A DNA stretch of 64,000 nt, from IMG/VR virus record IMGVR_UViG_3300001598_000045, positions 1-64,000 of that record; one strand, written 5' to 3'. The first letter of the stretch is position 1. Every line of letters begins with the position of its first letter. The notes below the pieces were generated by a model. The model did no database searches, was not told where the DNA came from, and saw nothing but the letters and a program-made list of their open reading frames with translations. The DNA comes from a virus (taxonomy: Duplodnaviria; Heunggongvirae; Uroviricota; Caudoviricetes). The position numbers and the translations under genes are program-made. Shown here one piece after another: positions 55,215-63,889 of this stretch.

Positions 55215-55990
55215 TGATGGTTGGCGATCAACTCATGTTTTGTCGAATATATTTCAATTCAACCACAGACTATATTTTCTATTACTAGTTTTATCCATAG
55301 TCTTTGAGCTTAAATATAATTTTTAACTTCTAAATTTAAGTTTTTATTTTCTTTTGTTTTTTGTAATAAGAAATTATAAACTTGTCTTTTTTCTTTTTTA
55401 TCCATGAATTCAGTATATCTAGTACCGGATTCATCTAATTGTGTATATTTTTGGAATTTTATAAATGTATCAAATTCTAAATCTGCTAGTTCATATGTAG
55501 GTCCTGAAATAATAAGAAGTACTTTACCACCTAAAATTTGTTTCTGTGTTCGTCTTTCCCAGTCTTTAGAGAAACCTACTTTAATACTAGATGGAAAATC
55601 TAGCATATAAATATAACCATTATCTCCTTGAAATTTATTATGGAGTAAGGTTCTATTAGCTTGTCGTTGATGATACTCTGATCCATATCCGTGAGAAGAT
55701 TTATCTAAAAGATTTCTTTCACGGATACTTTTCATTCTTTCTCTCTTTTCATCAGATACATTCCACAAACCAATCTTAGAGGTACCATTATATCTTCCTT
55801 CTTGATGTAGTTGTTTCATGTGTTCTGATCTATTGAATGTCAGATCAGAGTATGAATTTTGTCGTAATATAATCATATCTGTCTGTTTTTTAATTAATAG
55901 AGATTCCAGTTAAAAATAAATTTAAGCTGCTGATTCCTTAACTTCCACGTTAAAGTTCCAGCAATTCATAAAATTCGAATTGGCATTTTC
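55215..55990 (-). mobile_element. group I intron (core a) carrying the GIY-YIG-like ORF between the P/Q and R/S elements
   Basis: P/Q TGAATTGCTGGAAC...GGAATCAGCAGC at 55927-55968. R/S GCTCAAAGACTATGG...GAAAATATAGTCTGTG at 55264-55309, abutting the ORF stop. Confidence 0.6.
55310..55876 (-). CDS. GIY-YIG superfamily (T5orf172/MUG113-like) endonuclease candidate, intron-encoded
   Basis: C-terminal GYIYMLDFPSSIKVGFSKDWERRTQ resembles the N-terminal domain of ORF 9908-10525. The basic N-terminal region KRERMKSIRERN is NUMOD3-like. Confidence 0.55.
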   Translation of the reverse strand: MIILRQNSYSDLTFNRSEHMKQLHQEGRYNGTSKIGLWNVSDEKRERMKSIRERNLLDKSSHGYGSEYHQRQANRTLLHNKFQGDNGYIYMLDFPSSIKVGFSKDWERRTQKQILGGKVLLIISGPTYELADLEFDTFIKFQKYTQLDESGTRYTEFMDKKEKRQVYNFLLQKTKENKNLNLEVKNYI

Positions 55991-57181
55991 GGGTTTACCA
56001 ATTTGTAGGGAATTTAACCCTAACGTACCAGTATTGAAATATATTAGCACGCATTGTTTTTCAGCATACTCTTGGAACAGTTTTTGAGTTTCTGGGTCAA
56101 GAGCTTCATACTTAGTTGCCTTTTTTGCTTCATCATAAGTAAAGTTCAATTCCTCTTGTAATCTCTTAATAAATCCTTCGCGGCACATTTCATAAGCTAT
56201 ACTACGAGGAACACCTATTTCATCAATTGCAAGGGTAGTAGACGGAACAATTGGACATCTAGCTGAATTTTTAGTGCGGACAGAATAAAGTTCACGAGCT
56301 AAATTATCTTTCGAAGTTTCCAATAATTTAGTTGCTTCTCTTTTACCAGTATTAATTAAAGCACGTAATAATGCAGTATATCGTACTCTCTCTCCTGGTG
56401 TTTTGAACTGTGACATAACTAAGTTGTAATTAAGCGCATTACTCTTTACAGCTTCAGTACAACACAATCTAATTAAGTTACTATACCAAATAGATAGTTT
56501 ATGTGAACCCATTACTTTTTTACCATCTTTATAACCTAATGTAAAAGGTCTCATGATGGAAGGTTGCACAAGATAATATCTATTTATTAGTTTCATATAT
56601 TCTGTCAATCTTTCTGGAAAATGTTTTTTGATAATTGCCATAAGTCCTTCATAAGAACATTTACTTTCATCTGTAATAAACTCAGTAATTTTTAGTTCTT
56701 TTTTAGTAGCATTATATTCAAATTGGCAAGAATCAAATACTTTAATTCCCAACTTCTTTCCTCCACGGGTTGCACTATACCCATTTCGTTTTAAATCATC
56801 TCCTAAGAAATCTAACTTAATCGTACTAGATTCAAAAATATCATCAAATAAGTCTTTAAAGATATCAAATCTAAGATCATTTAGATAATAAAAAGGAAAT
56901 TCAATTCTAGCAAATCTTCTTAAAGCTTCATCTCTAGTAAATACTCTTGCACCACAATTAGGACAAGGTTCTGGAGAGGGTTGTCGAATTTTACCACAAA
57001 TACATCTATCTGCTATAGGCGAACCAAATGCATCTATGTCGTAAACACCTCCTGGAACTGGATGTACTCCGTCAAAGCTTAAATTAAGATCTCGGAAGTC
57101 AAAAAGAATTCTATCAACTCCATCACTTCTTGAATAATCTACAATAGCTTCATCTGTTAATAACTCTAGTGATACTGCCAT
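55922..57181 (-). CDS. rpoC: RNA polymerase beta' subunit, N-terminal coding segment
   Basis: Bacterial-type zinc ribbon CICGKIRQPSPEPCPNCGARVFTRDEALRRFARIEF aligns to CxCGK...CxxCGVEV...RRERMGHIEL. RTKNSARCPIVPSTTLAIDEIGVPRSIA aligns to KRVDFSARSVI...LxIDEVGVP. The last roughly 20 codons overlap the intron P/Q module. Confidence 0.85.
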   Translation of the reverse strand: MAVSLELLTDEAIVDYSRSDGVDRILFDFRDLNLSFDGVHPVPGGVYDIDAFGSPIADRCICGKIRQPSPEPCPNCGARVFTRDEALRRFARIEFPFYYLNDLRFDIFKDLFDDIFESSTIKLDFLGDDLKRNGYSATRGGKKLGIKVFDSCQFEYNATKKELKITEFITDESKCSYEGLMAIIKKHFPERLTEYMKLINRYYLVQPSIMRPFTLGYKDGKKVMGSHKLSIWYSNLIRLCCTEAVKSNALNYNLVMSQFKTPGERVRYTALLRALINTGKREATKLLETSKDNLARELYSVRTKNSARCPIVPSTTLAIDEIGVPRSIAYEMCREGFIKRLQEELNFTYDEAKKATKYEALDPETQKLFQEYAEKQCVLIYFNTGTLGLNSLQIGKPENANSNFMNCWNFNVEVKESAA

Positions 57182-57193
57182 ATTTTTTTAAAA

Positions 57194-58282
57194 TTAATTA
57201 TTGATTTCATTCCAGATAATTTTCTTTGATAAATCGGTATCCATTGCATTATCTGCAGACCATTTCTTATAGACTTCTTTAACATCAGCAATTGCTTCAC
57301 CTCTGGTTTTATCCTTTAGTTTTTCATAAATTCCTGCATCTTCATCTATAACTACTTCAATTAAATCTGAAATAACATCTTGTGTGATTGCTTTAGAAGT
57401 ATTTGTAAACTTACTTCTATACTCACGATAGACAAGAACATCATCATAAGTTAAATCAAGATCTTTGTATTCAGATGAGGTACGAATTTCAGCAGGTTCT
57501 TTAGTAAACCAGGCTAATTGTAATTTTCGTACACGTTCCGCTACTTTATGTCTACCTAATTCATCATATCGTTTAGCAAGATCTTCTACAATATCATACT
57601 TTGACTTTATTATTTTACTTAATGCATTATCAATTTGTTTTGCATATACCCTAGGCATTGTTGGACATTTTAAAATAAGGTCATACATACCTGAAGAGAA
57701 CAAATAAATAATAAGAGCCGGGATATGTCTTTGTTTTCTACGTCTTGAAACGACAGAGTCCCTAGATAAATCTCTACTAGCAAGATAGCCAATAAAGCGA
57801 GCAATATGATCTCTAGCTTCCTGAGCAAACATTTTATTAAAACCGGAGTCATCTTCTAGTACAAAATCTATATCTACATCTTCTCCTGTAAGTGGAGAAT
57901 CTGGGACATAAATAGAGTTAACCATACGAGAGTGACCTTGCTTATGTAACATCTCCTTTACCATATTTCCAGCTGTATAAACTGAAGTATTTTTAGGACA
58001 AGCCAATGCGATAGTAGTAAGTGCATCTTCAATAGCAGTTTCTCTACTATTTTTATTAGCAGCAACAATGTCATCATAAGCAGAGATTAACCAACTTTCA
58101 GTAGATGTAATTCTACCACCTGATTCTTTTTCTACATCAGTTTTCTTTTTTGGTTTCTCTTCCTCTTCTTGCTCAATGGAATCATCATTTTCCTCTTCAT
58201 CTTCGGAATCATCTTCATTACCCTGATAATAACCCTCTTCTTCAAGTTCATCATCATCGCCTAACAAATAATCATCTTCCAT
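57194..58282 (-). CDS. hypothetical protein with highly acidic N-terminus
   Basis: The first roughly 45 residues are D/E-rich (MEDDYLLGDDDELEEEGYY...EEEEKPKKK). Immediately upstream of beta'. Confidence 0.5.
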   Translation of the reverse strand: MEDDYLLGDDDELEEEGYYQGNEDDSEDEEENDDSIEQEEEEKPKKKTDVEKESGGRITSTESWLISAYDDIVAANKNSRETAIEDALTTIALACPKNTSVYTAGNMVKEMLHKQGHSRMVNSIYVPDSPLTGEDVDIDFVLEDDSGFNKMFAQEARDHIARFIGYLASRDLSRDSVVSRRRKQRHIPALIIYLFSSGMYDLILKCPTMPRVYAKQIDNALSKIIKSKYDIVEDLAKRYDELGRHKVAERVRKLQLAWFTKEPAEIRTSSEYKDLDLTYDDVLVYREYRSKFTNTSKAITQDVISDLIEVVIDEDAGIYEKLKDKTRGEAIADVKEVYKKWSADNAMDTDLSKKIIWNEINN

Positions 58283-58438
58283 GTTCTTTGATTCTATTAT
58301 TATTTTCCATTAATTCACGTGACAAAAAAGCCCGAACTTCTTTGTCTTTCACTTATTAGTCTTTGAGGGGATTTGAGAAGAGTTTTGGCTATTTCAAAAA
58401 AAAATAAGAGCAGCTTTTACACTACTCTTATAATTATT

Positions 58439-61066
58439 TTAGCTGAAGATTATATTAACTTTTTCATCAATATAATCTACTTGGATATTCTTTTTACCCT
58501 CTATATCCTGATCCAACATTACTTTACAAATCTCCTGTTCAATATGTTCAACAAGTAAACGTTGTAAAGATCTTGCACCATATTCAGGTTCACACTTAGA
58601 TACTATAAAGTCTTTAAGCGCATCAGTAACAGTTAGAGTATATCCATTATTCTCTAAAAGTCTATCCTGCAATTTCTTAAGCTCAAGATAGAAAATTTTA
58701 CCTAATTCTTCAGTACCCAAACTATTGAATACTACAACTTTAGAAAGTCGATTTAAGAATTCAGGTCTAAATTCCTTCTTAACCTCTTTCATTACAGTCT
58801 CTACGTCAGCCTTTCTTTTATCATCTTTATTTAATTGCTGGAAACCAATACCATTACCTTTTAGGGCTAAAGCTTTAGTTCCTACATTTCCGGTAAAGAT
58901 GATAATTGAATTGCGACAACTAACCTTTTCTCCAGTACTCAAAGTAATCTCACCTTCTTCTAGCATATTAAGCCAGATATTATAAAGATTAGAATTACTC
59001 TTCTCAACCTCATCAATCAGTAATACACTATAAGGTTTTCTTTTAAGTACATATAGACGTGGTTCTGAATCTGAAAATCCAACATAACCAGGTGCAGAGC
59101 CAAGAAGTTTACTCTCAGCCCACTCTTGCATATATTCTGAACAAGCTATTGTAATTAAGCTATCTTCAGAACCCATAAACTCTTTGGCTACTAGTTTTGA
59201 TATTAAACTTTTACCAACACCGGTAGGACCAACTAATAGAAGCGAACATATAGGTTTATTTGGATTTCTAAGACCAAGAATATTACGCTGAAGAGCTAAA
59301 GTTAACTGCTCTACTGCTTCATCTTGACCAATAATTTGATCTTCTAAAGCTTTTTTCATAGACTTTACTTTAGCAACATCAGAACTACGTATTTTATCGA
59401 TAGGTACGTTTGATGTCTTAGATATAACGCTGCAAAGATCATCAATAGTAACTTCAACTAAATTTTTACTATCCATACTATCTAGTTCTTTCTGCTGTTT
59501 ATCTTTCTCCTCACGCAATGAATTAATAGTATCACGTAATTGAGCAGCTTCTTCAAATCTAGACTCATTAATGGCAACTATCTTTTGCTGAACTAAATTA
59601 TTAATCTGATCATCCAACAAATCTATATTAGATGTATCGACTTTTTTACGTAACTTAGCGCAACTAGATGCCATATCTAAAACTGATATAGCTTTGTCTG
59701 GGAAATATCTATCATTAATATACTTTCCAGACCATTCAACACATTTAGTAATTATCTCATCCGTATAAGAAACGTGATGGAATTTACTATATGTTTTTGA
59801 TAATCCTTTTAATATTTCGATTGTTTCTGGGATTGTAGGTTCAGTTACAAATACCGGGCTAAAACGACGCTTTAAAGCACCATCCTTTTCAATAAACTTA
59901 CGATATTCATCTACCGTAGTTGAACCTATACATTGGAATTCTCCACGAGCTAAGTATGGTTTTAATATATTAGCTCCATCACCAGATCCACTTGATGAAC
60001 CATTACCTATTAAGTTATGTATTTCATCAATAAAGATTATCACATCCTTATTTTCAGTGACTTCTTTAATAATATCTTGAAGACGCTGTTCATACTGTCC
60101 ACGATATTGAGTTCCAGAAACAAGAGCATTCAAATCTAAGCTGAAAATTCTCTTATTCTTTAACTCTCTTGGAATATTGCCTTCTACAATACGTTGTGAC
60201 AAAAGCTCGATTACTGCAGTTTTACCACAACCAGGATCTCCTAATAATACTGCATTATTTTTCTTTCTACAGCAAAGGATTTCTACAATTTGATCAATTT
60301 CTTTTGATCTTCCAACTACCGGATCATAAATGCCTTGTTTTGCATTAGCAGTCATTTCAACTGCAAATTGATCCAATGATGGTGTTTTTGAATTAGGATC
60401 TACCTTTTTAGAAGATATTGTTTTTCGTTGACCTGCTCTTTCAAAACGCTCATCCTCATCATCCTTACTCATATTAGGATCTATTCGTGAGCCTTCTGTA
60501 AATAGATTTTTCTCTTTAAAAATAGCACCATTGTCATTTAGGAATTTCTTATCCATGTTATCCATTCTACCCTCAACTAATTTATCAAGGGTAACATTAT
60601 ATCGATCATTCATAAGACCAATGATCTCAATATGACCTTCTGTTAATAACATTGTAAATAAATCTTCCGTATTTATAACAACATCATCCGTTTCATCAAC
60701 AACTTCTCGTAACCTAGCAGCACCTTCAGCTCGTTTAAAAGCAGTTTCAAGTACATCCGATAACAATATATTATCACTGTTATACAAATTAGCTGCTATT
60801 ACGATTGGCTGCTTAGCACGCTCCATTGCTTTATAACAATCTCTTTCTAGTGATATTTTTTCATCGACTCCTAATTCATCAAGAGTTTTAAATAATATAT
60901 CACCGTCTAATTTACTTCCATCACTCGTTGTTGTATATTTTTTAATAGTGAAGTAAATAATAGACTCGACAGAGATATTTAATTGTTTAAACTGTGCAGC
61001 ATATTCAAATGCTTTACTTAAAATTCCATCCAATTCGTCTGTAATCTTAAAATTCAATTTATTCAT
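58439..61066 (-). CDS. Clp/Hsp100 family AAA+ ATPase (ClpA/B/C-like, two nucleotide-binding domains)
   Basis: NBD1 Walker A LLGDPGCGKTAV and Walker B IIFIDEIHNLIG. NBD2 Walker A LLLVGPTGVGKSL and Walker B VLLIDEVEKSN. The promoter core CTTATATATG abuts the ATG. Confidence 0.85.
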   Translation of the reverse strand: MNKLNFKITDELDGILSKAFEYAAQFKQLNISVESIIYFTIKKYTTTSDGSKLDGDILFKTLDELGVDEKISLERDCYKAMERAKQPIVIAANLYNSDNILLSDVLETAFKRAEGAARLREVVDETDDVVINTEDLFTMLLTEGHIEIIGLMNDRYNVTLDKLVEGRMDNMDKKFLNDNGAIFKEKNLFTEGSRIDPNMSKDDEDERFERAGQRKTISSKKVDPNSKTPSLDQFAVEMTANAKQGIYDPVVGRSKEIDQIVEILCCRKKNNAVLLGDPGCGKTAVIELLSQRIVEGNIPRELKNKRIFSLDLNALVSGTQYRGQYEQRLQDIIKEVTENKDVIIFIDEIHNLIGNGSSSGSGDGANILKPYLARGEFQCIGSTTVDEYRKFIEKDGALKRRFSPVFVTEPTIPETIEILKGLSKTYSKFHHVSYTDEIITKCVEWSGKYINDRYFPDKAISVLDMASSCAKLRKKVDTSNIDLLDDQINNLVQQKIVAINESRFEEAAQLRDTINSLREEKDKQQKELDSMDSKNLVEVTIDDLCSVISKTSNVPIDKIRSSDVAKVKSMKKALEDQIIGQDEAVEQLTLALQRNILGLRNPNKPICSLLLVGPTGVGKSLISKLVAKEFMGSEDSLITIACSEYMQEWAESKLLGSAPGYVGFSDSEPRLYVLKRKPYSVLLIDEVEKSNSNLYNIWLNMLEEGEITLSTGEKVSCRNSIIIFTGNVGTKALALKGNGIGFQQLNKDDKRKADVETVMKEVKKEFRPEFLNRLSKVVVFNSLGTEELGKIFYLELKKLQDRLLENNGYTLTVTDALKDFIVSKCEPEYGARSLQRLLVEHIEQEICKVMLDQDIEGKKNIQVDYIDEKVNIIFS

Positions 61067-61101
61067 ACATATATAAGATTTTTACAGTTTTTAAAAAGAT
61101 A

Positions 61102-61794
61102 TTATTTATCTTCCCTTTCAGCCTTCTTTTGTTTATTTCGATCTGACCTATTCTGAATAGCTCGATATAAACTAATTGCCCACTCAGTTAAGTCTTCAGG
61201 CATTACTGGAACTAATGGTCGATGTATCCATTCCTCTTCAGATAAACCGTCAATATTAATAAAATTTGAATGTTCCAAAGATCTTACTACTAATTCGGAA
61301 TGGGTTATTATTAGAACACCATAAATATTCTTTTCGATTTTCTTAAGTAAATCGTTAAGATATAAACAAGTTCCTAAAATAACTTCATTACTCATTCCTA
61401 TTTCTAACTCATCTATTACTAAAAATTTCTTAGTAATTTCTTTTTTATTAGATTCATCATCTTTAAAATTATTCAATAAGCGGGTTAAAGTATAAATAGT
61501 ACTTTGTGATGTGGAATCCTCAGGCATATCATGAGTTATACTACTAAATGCACCCCATTCAGACTTTAACTCAGTACGTAATTGCATTGATATACTAGAA
61601 ACAGACCTTTCTTTTTCATTTAAACCAAGTCTTCTATTTATACTAAAAGGTAATAATTTTCTGATTAATGATTTACCAGATGCATTACTGCCAGTTAATA
61701 TAGTTATTTTTCCAACTTCGATAGAATCAGCTATAGATATTAATTTATCAATATGCTCTTCTAAATGTTCTTCTGTTAAATTTTTGTAATCCAT
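61102..61794 (-). CDS. compact ABC-type ATPase (SMC/RecF-like head, AAA_21-like)
   Basis: Walker A ILTGSNASGKSL, Walker B/D-loop LVIDELEIGMS, H-loop LIITHS. Confidence 0.55.
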   Translation of the reverse strand: MDYKNLTEEHLEEHIDKLISIADSIEVGKITILTGSNASGKSLIRKLLPFSINRRLGLNEKERSVSSISMQLRTELKSEWGAFSSITHDMPEDSTSQSTIYTLTRLLNNFKDDESNKKEITKKFLVIDELEIGMSNEVILGTCLYLNDLLKKIEKNIYGVLIITHSELVVRSLEHSNFINIDGLSEEEWIHRPLVPVMPEDLTEWAISLYRAIQNRSDRNKQKKAEREDK

Positions 61795-61802
61795 ATTTTC
61801 TA

Positions 61803-61845
61803 TTTCTATTTATAAGGATAAAAATGGATTCTAGGCGGTAAAAAA
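61803..61845 (-). promoter_or_regulatory. conserved phage promoter motif
   Basis: Minus-sense TACCGCCTAGAATCCATTTTTATCCTTATAAATAG. Confidence 0.55.
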
Positions 61846-61856
61846 ATACTGAAGAA

Positions 61857-62243
61857 TTAATCCTCAGGATTAATATTTTCATTCCAATGCTCTTGGATCC
61901 ACCTAACTCTAAATTCACCTAAAGTTTCTTCAGATCCATCAGGTTTATAAGTAATTGGTTTATCATCAAATTTACCAAAAATTTCTTCTCGATAAAAAGC
62001 CAGTGATAATTTTTCAAACCTTTCAATCATACCTGATGGTGGATTGTAACATATCCATTTAGCACCTTCAATAAAATCATTCCTTCTACCACTATAATCT
62101 TGATAGACAGGTTCAGTTAATTTTACTGATCCAGTCTTAACGGCTTCTACACTAGCAATATTGAAATCATTTAAATCTAAATAATGATCTTTAAATCTAA
62201 TCTCGGCCTCTTTTTTTGCTAATTCTAAATCTTCTTTTATCAT
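61857..62243 (-). CDS. hypothetical protein
   Basis: 128-aa ORF. Confidence 0.45.
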   Translation of the reverse strand: MIKEDLELAKKEAEIRFKDHYLDLNDFNIASVEAVKTGSVKLTEPVYQDYSGRRNDFIEGAKWICYNPPSGMIERFEKLSLAFYREEIFGKFDDKPITYKPDGSEETLGEFRVRWIQEHWNENINPED

Positions 62244-62851
62244 AATTTATAACACTTATAAGAACAACCTTGACCTTGCATTAAGCTTATGAAATACATA
62301 TTATCAATTTTATAAGCTAACTCTGGGAAATGAGATTGGGATTCCTGAGTCTGTTCACCATACTTTTCTGCATATTTAAATAATAATGCGAATAGTCTTT
62401 CTTCAGGTTCTCTCCCACATTTATATTCCCTTTCTTTATATTCTTTAGATGAATATTTTATAATTACTTTATCTATTATTTTACTACGGTCTTCTATACT
62501 AAGTTTATGAATTCTTTCAATCCATCTAGTATAAAAAGATTCATGAGTAATTTTTTCATACATATTTTTAGCTTCTTCTTCTGACATATTATTAAAAAAA
62601 TTCTCTAGCCTTTCTTTCATACTTTTTTGCTTATTAGAAGAACTTTTATTTAAACTTGCTGCTTTAATCAAAAATTTATTTTTTAAGTCAATATCTAATT
62701 TATGAAGTAGTTCAAATTCTACTTTTTTATTAGACCACTTACTAAAAAATAAATGAAGATATTTTTGAGTCGCTGCAAAATATTTAGTATCATTACAACT
62801 ATCAATAACTTTTCTAACTTTATCGTAATCTAAATAAATATTATTGTTCAT
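62240..62851 (-). CDS. hypothetical protein
   Basis: Start placed at the internal Met (MNNNIYLD) that directly follows CCTTATAAATAT. The ORF-track start at 62878 lies upstream of the promoter core. Confidence 0.45.
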   Translation of the reverse strand: MNNNIYLDYDKVRKVIDSCNDTKYFAATQKYLHLFFSKWSNKKVEFELLHKLDIDLKNKFLIKAASLNKSSSNKQKSMKERLENFFNNMSEEEAKNMYEKITHESFYTRWIERIHKLSIEDRSKIIDKVIIKYSSKEYKEREYKCGREPEERLFALLFKYAEKYGEQTQESQSHFPELAYKIDNMYFISLMQGQGCSYKCYKL

Positions 62852-62899
62852 ATATTTATAAGGAATTGAAGAAAACAAAAACGGAATATTTCATCCGCT

Positions 62900-63088
62900 T
62901 TATATAAAACATATGGCTACTAGTATTATAAAAACCCACCAGAAATTAAGTAAAAAAGACAAAATTCCTAATGCAGCTAAAATACCTAAACCTATTAATG
63001 GTGTGAATATTATAATCCACCATGACCAATCTATCTTACCTGCTATTTTTAGTAAGATAAATAGTAATAAAATAATTAAACAAATCAT
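62900..63088 (-). CDS. small membrane protein
   Basis: 62 aa, two hydrophobic helices. Competes with the overlapping plus ORF 62913-63275. Minus preferred from operon context. Confidence 0.3.
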   Translation of the reverse strand: MICLIILLLFILLKIAGKIDWSWWIIIFTPLIGLGILAALGILSFLLNFWWVFIILVAICFI

Positions 63089-63309
63089 AGTTTATAAATT
63101 ATATCTAAGTTATGATTACCAGATTCTTCAGTTCCATCAAGATTATATTGATGTAAACCGTAATCTTCTATATCTCGCTCTTTTATATATAGAATTGCTT
63201 TATCCATATATTGACTCCAACCTACTAAAACAGCGGGGCGATTATCTAAAGTTTGAAATAATTCTCCAAACTTAGCATCTTTGAAAATATTGCACTGATT
63301 ATCATTCAT
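63085..63309 (-). CDS. hypothetical small protein
   Basis: 74-aa ORF. Confidence 0.4.
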   Translation of the reverse strand: MNDNQCNIFKDAKFGELFQTLDNRPAVLVGWSQYMDKAILYIKERDIEDYGLHQYNLDGTEESGNHNLDIIYKL

Positions 63310-63587
63310 AATTCAATTATTTCTATATGTTTTATAATTTCATTAAATAGTTCTTCTTCACTATTTATACCTTCAAGTTCATTTTGAAGTTCACTATGCC
63401 AAATATTTCTAGCATGCCAAAGTATGTTATCTAATAGTCCTTTCCTTGTTTTAAAAAATACTGGAGTCCCATTTCCTGATCCTTCAAAAAAATCACCATT
63501 AGGATACTTAGCATAATAAAAGTGTTTAGATTTTTCTCTTCTTCGATATTTTACTATATCAGGACTCAATATATCTAATACTGTCAT
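63306..63587 (-). CDS. hypothetical small protein
   Basis: 93-aa ORF. Confidence 0.4.
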   Translation of the reverse strand: MTVLDILSPDIVKYRRREKSKHFYYAKYPNGDFFEGSGNGTPVFFKTRKGLLDNILWHARNIWHSELQNELEGINSEEELFNEIIKHIEIIEL

Positions 63588-63889
63588 GGTATAATAACAT
63601 ATTTAGATGAAACATAAGTAAAGTCAAAAGAATAAGTATCTTCTGAAGTTTTTACCCAAGCATATGTTTTATTCATAGGTAATTTGTCTATTTTTGTTAT
63701 TTTACCAGGAATATAAACAGTTCTTTTAGCTAGGTTACTTAATATCTCTGATTTGATAAAGATTTGATCTTTTGGTTTAAGACTATAAAATTTCTTCCTT
63801 AAAGCTTTATCTCTCTTAACACAATATATAAATAATGATATATATGCGATAATAAAGACGGCAATACAAATTAGATCAAAGTTACTCAT
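63584..63889 (-). CDS. hypothetical membrane-anchored protein
   Basis: 101 aa, N-terminal TM helix. Confidence 0.4.
   Translation of the reverse strand: MSNFDLICIAVFIIAYISLFIYCVKRDKALRKKFYSLKPKDQIFIKSEILSNLAKRTVYIPGKITKIDKLPMNKTYAWVKTSEDTYSFDFTYVSSKYVIIP

Noticed and set aside
35611-55968. The gctgatt...ttccagcaatt and tagactatat...atagtctttga inverted repeats as MITE-like elements, terminators or RNase III processing hairpins
   Set aside because: Read in gene sense they are the group I intron P/Q and R/S consensus elements, with correct P4 and P7 pairings. I reinterpreted them as intron cores.
46263-57181. Inteins within the polymerase segments
   Set aside because: No intein block motifs were seen. 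There is no Cys/Ser-initiated insertion and no terminal HN with a downstream Cys/Ser/Thr. The homing-endonuclease ORFs are free-standing or intron-borne, not in-frame protein insertions. The one exception is the HNH-2 fusion, which lacks intein termini.
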